From Deltaproteobacteria bacterium (GTDB taxonomy: Bacteria > Desulfobacterota > DSM-4660 > Desulfatiglandales > HGW-15): DNA of 64,000 nucleotides. The stretch covers positions 3,394-67,393 of the forward strand of contig JAFDEE010000016.1 of the NCBI GenBank assembly GCA_019310525.1, in the 5' to 3' direction. Every line of letters starts with the position of its first letter. The first letter of the stretch is position 1. Position numbers and translations under genes: made by a program. The notes beneath the pieces are model-generated. The model worked only from the letters and a program-made list of their open reading frames with translations. It made no database searches and was not told the origin of the DNA. Shown one piece after another: positions 59,290 to 64,000 of the stretch.

Positions 59290-59655
59290 ACATACTTCCA
59301 GGTGCCCCACTGGGGGCTTAATAGGGAACCCCGTTAGAATCGGGGACGGGCCCGCCGCTGTGATCGGGGACGAAAACCGCGGTCCGCATTTCACAGGTTC
59401 TCCGGAACCGCTGAAATGAGGACAAAAGCCACTGTCCGGAATGCACACACGGATGAACCCTTTGAAAACGTTCAATTTTGTTCAAGGTCAAGGAAGACGA
59501 AAATTTTAACCACAGGAATACATTGAGTATTTCGAGGATTAAAATTTGAGTCTGACGCAGAAATTGGGCAAAAGGGGGCGTTTTCCAAAGGGTTCGAGGA
59601 TGGGAAGGCGCGGGGAGTAGGAAGAACCGTAAGTCAGAAGACCTGCCTGGAAGAA
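59290..59655 (+). promoter_or_regulatory. cobalamin (B12) riboswitch 1, unusually long
   Basis: Conserved elements in the correct order: GGUGCC, AAUAGGGAA (59320-59328), GUUAGAAUC, CGGGCCCGCCGCUGU, GCCACUG (59428-59434), GGGAAGGC (59601-59608), and the B12 box AGUCAGAAGACCUGCC (59632-59647). A 141-nt element is nested between GCCACUG and GGGAAGGC. Confidence 0.75.
59455..59595 (+). repeat. AT-rich 141-nt element with 16/17-nt terminal inverted repeats, copy R (nested in riboswitch 1)
   Basis: GAACCCTTTGAAAACG (59455-59470) is the reverse complement of CGTTTTCCAAAGGGTTC (59579-59595), apart from one extra C. The interior is AT-rich, and its left ~80 nt are homologous to 33905-34010. Confidence 0.7.
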
Positions 59656-59715
59656 AAGAGGTAGCCCTCGCGGAACAGGGCTTGCCGACCAAGATCTCGA
59701 GGATAAAAACGGGAT

Positions 59716-59756
59716 ATCCCCGGATCGATGCCTATGTCGATCCGGGGATTTTTTTT
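59716..59756 (+). terminator. rho-independent terminator (expression platform of riboswitch 1)
   Basis: A 13-bp perfect stem ATCCCCGGATCGA / TCGATCCGGGGAT with an 8-nt loop, followed by a run of about 8 T. Confidence 0.85.
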
Positions 59757-59917
59757 CTACACGGGTTGCGTCTCATCAAGTCCCTTCTTTCCAGCCCTGT
59801 TCCGACCTGGGAGCCCTCTGCCCCGAAATGGCATTTGATTTTGCCGGTTTCGGAAAACTGACTTATATTTATTTATAACTAAGTGATTTTATTCGATTAA
59901 TTGGGAGGGGATGATCG

Positions 59918-60331
59918 ATGGCCTGCCATGAAGGAATCAAGAAGGCGGTACGTTTTATAAGGAATCATTTCAGGGAGCCGTTGACCCTTGATCAGGTGGC
60001 GATGGAGAGCGGCATGAGCAAATATCACTTTGCAAGGGTCTTCAAGGTTTCTACAGGCATGACTTTCAAGGAATACCACAACCGGAGACGGATCGAGGAG
60101 GCGAAGGCCCTGTTGTGTAATCGTACGATGCGGGTGACTGACGTGTGTTATGAGGTGGGATTCAATGACATCTCTTATTTTGACCGGGTTTTCAGGCGTC
60201 TGGTAGGCGTCAACCCCACTTCATATAAGAGGCGTCCGGAAACAACATCATCCGATTTTTCTTCTCCCGCAAAGGAAAAAGGCAATTTTGTGCAAATAAA
60301 AGGCAATATCATCCAAGCATTTCAAAAATAA
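59918..60331 (+). CDS. stand-alone AraC/XylS-type HTH DNA-binding protein (MarA/SoxS-sized)
   Basis: 137 aa comprising only the dual-HTH AraC C-terminal module (LTLDQVAMESGMSKYHFARVFKVSTGMTFKEYHNRRRIEEAKALL...VTDVCYEVGFNDISYFDRVFRRLVGVNPTSYKRR). There is no ligand or dimerisation domain. GGGAGGGG SD. Confidence 0.8.
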   Translation: MACHEGIKKAVRFIRNHFREPLTLDQVAMESGMSKYHFARVFKVSTGMTFKEYHNRRRIEEAKALLCNRTMRVTDVCYEVGFNDISYFDRVFRRLVGVNPTSYKRRPETTSSDFSSPAKEKGNFVQIKGNIIQAFQK

Positions 60332-60344
60332 AATTCGATATAGT

Positions 60345-60525
60345 CCACGCAATTCTTCAGAGCAGGAGAAAGGGAAAGCGGTGAGAGGCCGCTGCTGCCC
60401 CGCAACTGTATTCCCGATTCTCGAACAATGAGAATCCGTGTCCAGGCCATTAGAGCCACTGTTCCGTAAAGGTTGGAATGGGAAGGCGGTCGGGACCGGG
60501 AAAGCCAGGAAACCTTGCCTGTTCT
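60345..60525 (+). promoter_or_regulatory. cobalamin (B12) riboswitch 2, canonical size
   Basis: AAAGGGAAAGCGGUGAGAGGCCGCUGCUGCCCCGCAACUGU, GCCACUG (60455-60461), GGGAAGGC (60480-60487), and B12 box AGCCAGGAAACCUUGCC (60503-60519). Confidence 0.85.
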
Positions 60526-60542
60526 TCTTTTGCCGAGGCCCA

Positions 60543-60589
60543 GCGAGGGAGGGGACGACGGCACGGGTCGTTTCAGTGGTCGCTTTTTT
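60543..60589 (+). terminator. possible terminator/attenuator after riboswitch 2
   Basis: Composite hairpin: an outer GCGA/TCGC stem and an inner 8-bp GGGACGAC/GUCGUUUC stem with a 7-nt loop, followed by TTTTTT (60584-60589). The stem is imperfect. Confidence 0.4.
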
Positions 60590-60740
60590 GAAGCCGCCAC
60601 TCCCGCCGTGTTTTTCCCTTACCGCACCCTCCGCTTCGCTGACCCTTGGAAAATCCAGAGTCGTTCCGGTTCCTCTGGAATAAGAAGAGAAGTCACCAGT
60701 CGATTAAGCCATGAACAAAAAAAGAGAGAGGAGAAATGTC

Positions 60741-61541
60741 ATGCCAAGAAAGATCTGTTTAATGCTCTTTTTATGGATGTTAGCCATGTTGAGTAGCTTG
60801 CCTTCAACCGTCGTCCTGGCAGGGCCCTATGCCCCCGCCGCCGGCCAGCCCGGATCCACGGCCATTCACATGGACAGTTCGGACTTCGTGGGTTGGGCAA
60901 CGGGCTGGATTGATTACTTACCGGGAGAAGAGGTGGATTCGAAATGGCAGACTCCAGAGAAGGCCCTGGGGAAGGCTGTGGGCACCTCCTATGATATCGT
61001 AACCCTCGGGCGGGGTGGGCGGATCACAATGACCTTCGATACCCCCATTGCAGACGGGGAGGGTTGGGATTTCGCAGTTTTCGAGAATTCCTTCAACGAT
61101 ACCTTCCTGGAATTGGGTTACGTGGAGGTTTCCTCGAACGGCGTGGATTTCTTCCGGTTCCCGAACGATTCCCTCACGCCTGACCCGGTTGGAGGGTTCG
61201 GGGCGCTGGACCCCACGAATATCACCGGGTTGGCCGGCAAGTACCGCCAGGGCTACGGAACACCGTTTGACCTCGGAGTCCTTGATGGTGTGGATCCCCT
61301 GCTTGATGTCCACAATGTGGGCTGGGTACGGATCATCGATATCATAGGGGATGGGACATACCTGGATACATCAGGGGATATCATCTACGACCCTTATCCT
61401 ACAGTGGGAAGCGCTGGTTTTGATCTGGATGCCGTGGGAGTGATAAACGCCGCCCCCGTGCCTCTCCCCGGGACCGCCTTTTTGCTGGGAAGCGGCTTGT
61501 TCGGTCTCCTGGGAATGAGAAGAAGGTTTCGTTCTCGATGA
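60741..61541 (+). CDS. PEP-CTERM-anchored secreted protein of unknown function
   Basis: ATG at 60741 follows GAGGAG, and a signal peptide is present ([23 protein letters not shown]). The C-terminal sorting signal [27 protein letters not shown] has the PEP-CTERM architecture (P-rich motif, TM helix, Arg cluster). Confidence 0.75.
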   Translation: MPRKICLMLFLWMLAMLSSLPSTVVLAGPYAPAAGQPGSTAIHMDSSDFVGWATGWIDYLPGEEVDSKWQTPEKALGKAVGTSYDIVTLGRGGRITMTFDTPIADGEGWDFAVFENSFNDTFLELGYVEVSSNGVDFFRFPNDSLTPDPVGGFGALDPTNITGLAGKYRQGYGTPFDLGVLDGVDPLLDVHNVGWVRIIDIIGDGTYLDTSGDIIYDPYPTVGSAGFDLDAVGVINAAPVPLPGTAFLLGSGLFGLLGMRRRFRSR

Positions 61542-61593
61542 TCAAATACTACTGCTGTTTTTATCAAAACAACTTGTAAGGGGAGGAAGATCC

Positions 61594-62472
61594 ATGAGAA
61601 GACTTGTCTTTTATTTATTCATGTTATCCATGTTATCCATTTTACTGCCGTTTCAGACCCATGCGGCCGTGGCTACTTTTGACGACAATCCGCTTGCCCC
61701 CAACAGCCATTGGGGAGGTGCCGGTTCCACAGAGACCGGCTTTGTCAGCGGAGATGCCTACTTCCCGCACCATGCTGACACATACTCCTGGCACGGCTTC
61801 GTCTATTCCAACGAGACCGATACCACGACACCGGGATACACCAACCAGTTCAGCGCCATTACCGGTGGAGGAGTATACGGTTCTTCCAATTACGGAGTGG
61901 GCTACATCCCCCTGGACTGGCAGAATGGAACCTATGACCCGGTTCCACAGACCCTGAGCTTCGGCGCCTCCTCGGGGGAGGACTACAACACCGTCATTTC
62001 AGGGGCCTACTTCACCAATACCACCTATGCATATCTTTCCATGAGGGACGGGGATTCCTTTGCAAAGAAATTCGGTGGATCCACAGGGGATGATCCTGAC
62101 TGGTTCAAGCTGATCATTAAAGGGATCGACGAAAACGGGGACTATACCGGAACCTTGGAGTTTTATCTTGCGGATTTCCGGTTTGAAGACGACTCCCAGG
62201 ATTACATCGTGGATGACTGGACCTGGGTGGACCTCTCCGGCCTGGGTGCTGTTATCGGGCTGGAATTCAGCATCGATTCTTCGGACAAAGGACAGTGGGG
62301 AATAAACACACCCGCCTACTTTGCAATAGACGATCTTAACGGCGTACCTCCTTCTCCTGTCCCCCTGCCTGCTTCTCTGTGGTTGCTGGGCTCCGGTCTC
62401 CTTGGCTTGATCGGTGTAAGGAGACGCAGCCTGAAAGAGCCCGGAAAAACCGGCAACCCGTTGAACCGGTAA
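61594..62472 (+). CDS. DUF4465-like secreted protein with PEP-CTERM anchor
   Basis: Signal peptide. ATFDDNPLAPNSHWGG...SWHGFVYSNETDTTTPGYTNQFSAITGGGVYGSSNYGVGY matches the DUF4465 pattern I recall. The C-terminal VPLPASLWLLGSGLLGLIGVRRR is a PEP-CTERM signal. Confidence 0.7.
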   Translation: MRRLVFYLFMLSMLSILLPFQTHAAVATFDDNPLAPNSHWGGAGSTETGFVSGDAYFPHHADTYSWHGFVYSNETDTTTPGYTNQFSAITGGGVYGSSNYGVGYIPLDWQNGTYDPVPQTLSFGASSGEDYNTVISGAYFTNTTYAYLSMRDGDSFAKKFGGSTGDDPDWFKLIIKGIDENGDYTGTLEFYLADFRFEDDSQDYIVDDWTWVDLSGLGAVIGLEFSIDSSDKGQWGINTPAYFAIDDLNGVPPSPVPLPASLWLLGSGLLGLIGVRRRSLKEPGKTGNPLNR

Positions 62473-62555
62473 CGCCGGTACAACAGGCAGAACCTGCAGT
62501 CCCGGCCCTGGTCTTGATCAGGGTGCGGCAATCGAAATTGCCGCAGGGGAGGAAA

Positions 62556-62600
62556 GGTATCCCGGGCTTCTTTTAAGACCCCGGGATACCTCTTTTCTCC
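62556..62600 (+). terminator. rho-independent terminator-like hairpin between the DUF4465 gene and the TonB-dependent receptor
   Basis: An 11-bp perfect stem GGTATCCCGGG / CCCGGGATACC with a 13-nt loop, then TCTTTTCTCC. It is preceded by a second hairpin TGCGGCAAT-CGAA-ATTGCCGCA (62524-62545). Confidence 0.55.
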
Positions 62601-62676
62601 CTGGGGGTGGGGTGTAATCTGCAAATCTCCAATAAACCGAATCATCAGGAACAGGAACCGAAAAAGGTAATCTGGA

Positions 62677-64000
62677 ATGAAGCACTCTCGAAACCTCTGT
62701 GTAATTCTGGCGTGCCTTTTTTCTTTTTTCCTCATGCAGGCACTTGATACTCCACTGGTATCTTTTGCACATGCTGAAGAAGAGACACCGGATTCGAAGG
62801 AGGTTCAGGCCGTCGATCCCCATCCCCGCCCCCGTTTTGAACTGGAGGAAGTCATCGTCATGGCGGCGGGTTTGGAGGAGGAAATCAAGAAGATCCCTAA
62901 GAATGTCACCGTCATCACAGAGGAAGATATCGCCCAGGCTCCCAGTAATAATCTGGTGGATCTGCTCGCAAGGGAAGCAGGCGTCGTGATCCGAAGTTCC
63001 TTCGGGCATGATAAGATAGCCGGTGTTGACATCCGTGGTATGGGGGACACCTATGTCAGCAACGTTATCGTCATGGTGGACGGATACAGGCTGAACCCCC
63101 CTGACCTAGCGGGCCCAGACTTCTCTTCCATCTCTCTCGATCAGGTGGAAAAGATCGAGATCATCAGGGGGGCTGGGTCTGTGGTATACGGGGACGGCGC
63201 CGTCGGGGGAGTAATAAACATCATCACAAAAAAAGGGAAGAAAAAACCTCAACTCCGCTTATATTCTTCTTATGGAAGTTACGATACCTTTGACGGAAGA
63301 GCATCCTGGAGGGGAATGTTCAAAAGCGTTTACTTCAATGTGAATGCCAATTACTACGGTTCGGATGGATACAGGGACAACGGGTTCTTCCGGAAAAAAG
63401 GGGGAGGCATGAACCTGGACTACGATTTGGGAGAGAGAATAACACTTTCCCTTCGTGCCTCAACACACCGTGACTCTTACGGCCTTCCCGCATACGTGAA
63501 CAAGGATGACATCGATTCCAGGGAGAAGAGGACCCTCACCTTTCGGCCCGACGATTCGGGTGATACGAGGGATGACCGTCTCATGGCGGGGTTTGAGATC
63601 GATCTCGGTGACTGGGGGACCCTGGAGATCCACAGGGGATATCGGTTCCGGGATAACTTCTATCTAATGGGGTATACACCGCTTCTGAGCAGGGCGGAAC
63701 AGACGGACCATATAAATGAAAATACCAGGCTTTTTGACCTGGGGTATTCAAAGGAATATGAGCTTTTCAAGAGGTCGAACACTCTTCGTGTCGGGCTCGA
63801 TCATTTCAAGACAGAGTATTTCAGGGAAGAGAATTCAAGGAATCAGAGAAAGAACAGTGAGGTGAAAACCCTCGGGTTCTTTATCACCAATCGGATGGAC
63901 CTCTCCCATGGTCTAAGCCTGCATTTGGGTTGCCGGCGCAACACTTTTAAGGGCGTGTTCCGAAACGACCAACATGTCAATTTCGGGGGGAAGCGGATCT
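62677..64000 (+). CDS. TonB-dependent receptor (5' partial; runs off the window), BtuB-like by context
   Basis: This ORF is not in the track because it is open to the window end. Signal peptide MKHSRNLCVILACLFSFFLMQALD. Plug-domain motifs EEVIVMAAG, VTVITEEDIAQAPSNNLVDLL, DIRGMG and IEIIRGAGSVVYGDGAVGGVINIITKKG. No stop codon occurs in 441 codons. Confidence 0.85.
   Translation, partial: MKHSRNLCVILACLFSFFLMQALDTPLVSFAHAEEETPDSKEVQAVDPHPRPRFELEEVIVMAAGLEEEIKKIPKNVTVITEEDIAQAPSNNLVDLLAREAGVVIRSSFGHDKIAGVDIRGMGDTYVSNVIVMVDGYRLNPPDLAGPDFSSISLDQVEKIEIIRGAGSVVYGDGAVGGVINIITKKGKKKPQLRLYSSYGSYDTFDGRASWRGMFKSVYFNVNANYYGSDGYRDNGFFRKKGGGMNLDYDLGERITLSLRASTHRDSYGLPAYVNKDDIDSREKRTLTFRPDDSGDTRDDRLMAGFEIDLGDWGTLEIHRGYRFRDNFYLMGYTPLLSRAEQTDHINENTRLFDLGYSKEYELFKRSNTLRVGLDHFKTEYFREENSRNQRKNSEVKTLGFFITNRMDLSHGLSLHLGCRRNTFKGVFRNDQHVNFGGKRI

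Noticed and set aside
59829-59844. Sigma54-like motif TGGCATTTGATTTTGC upstream of the AraC-like gene. Similar near-matches occur at 47942-47957 (TGGCATGGGTATGGCG) and on the minus strand upstream of pelD (~25000).
   Set aside because: At 59829 and upstream of pelD, the GG-to-GC spacing is one nt longer than the strict -24/-12 spacing. The 47942 site has correct spacing but a degenerate -12 element (TGGC). No enhancer-binding protein is adjacent.

Overview
This is a 64-kb window from a visibly GC-rich diderm bacterium, shown by lipid A, Sec, TonB and LPS-sugar genes. The gene content includes EtfAB with a membrane FeS oxidoreductase, PEP-CTERM proteins, many PAS/GAF histidine kinases and a candidate TGA-Sec gene. 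That mix is reminiscent of Desulfobacterota / deltaproteobacterial (Syntrophales-like) genomes, but taxonomy cannot be proven from this sequence alone. No homology search was run; every call rests on motifs I recognise in the supplied translations and on structures read directly from the DNA. Most of the window is housekeeping: rpmA-obg-nadD-rsfS, etfBA, queA-tgt-yajC-secDF, lpxC/lpxK/waaA/lpxL-like, glyQS and rfbAC. I found no rRNA, tRNA, CRISPR array or transposase. Five regions deserve a second look. (1) A DUF1573-type gene at 35090-35935 is interrupted by one in-frame TGA exactly at the conserved Cys of its CGC motif, with a SECIS-like hairpin just downstream, making it a candidate selenoprotein. 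(2) A pelD-pelE-pelF-pelG plus hydrolase exopolysaccharide locus (18861-24958) lies directly downstream of, and co-oriented with, a STAS protein and a giant FHA-GAF-PAS-PP2C-RsbW-kinase fusion (25048-28787). This is a SypE/SypA-like partner-switching arrangement. (3) Two cobalamin riboswitches sit about 1 kb apart (59.3-60.6 kb). The first precedes a MarA/SoxS-sized AraC-type HTH protein and carries a 141-nt AT-rich element with terminal inverted repeats. The second precedes PEP-CTERM-anchored surface proteins (one DUF4465-like) and a TonB-dependent receptor. (4) That nested element has a second, diverged copy at 33905-34020. (5) A 460-bp intergenic region (30173-30631) carries 28-nt direct repeats, a 12-bp inverted repeat and a strong hairpin. 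Start codons were refined from the ORF track where an internal ATG/GTG/TTG with a Shine-Dalgarno sequence fits better; these refinements are inferences.
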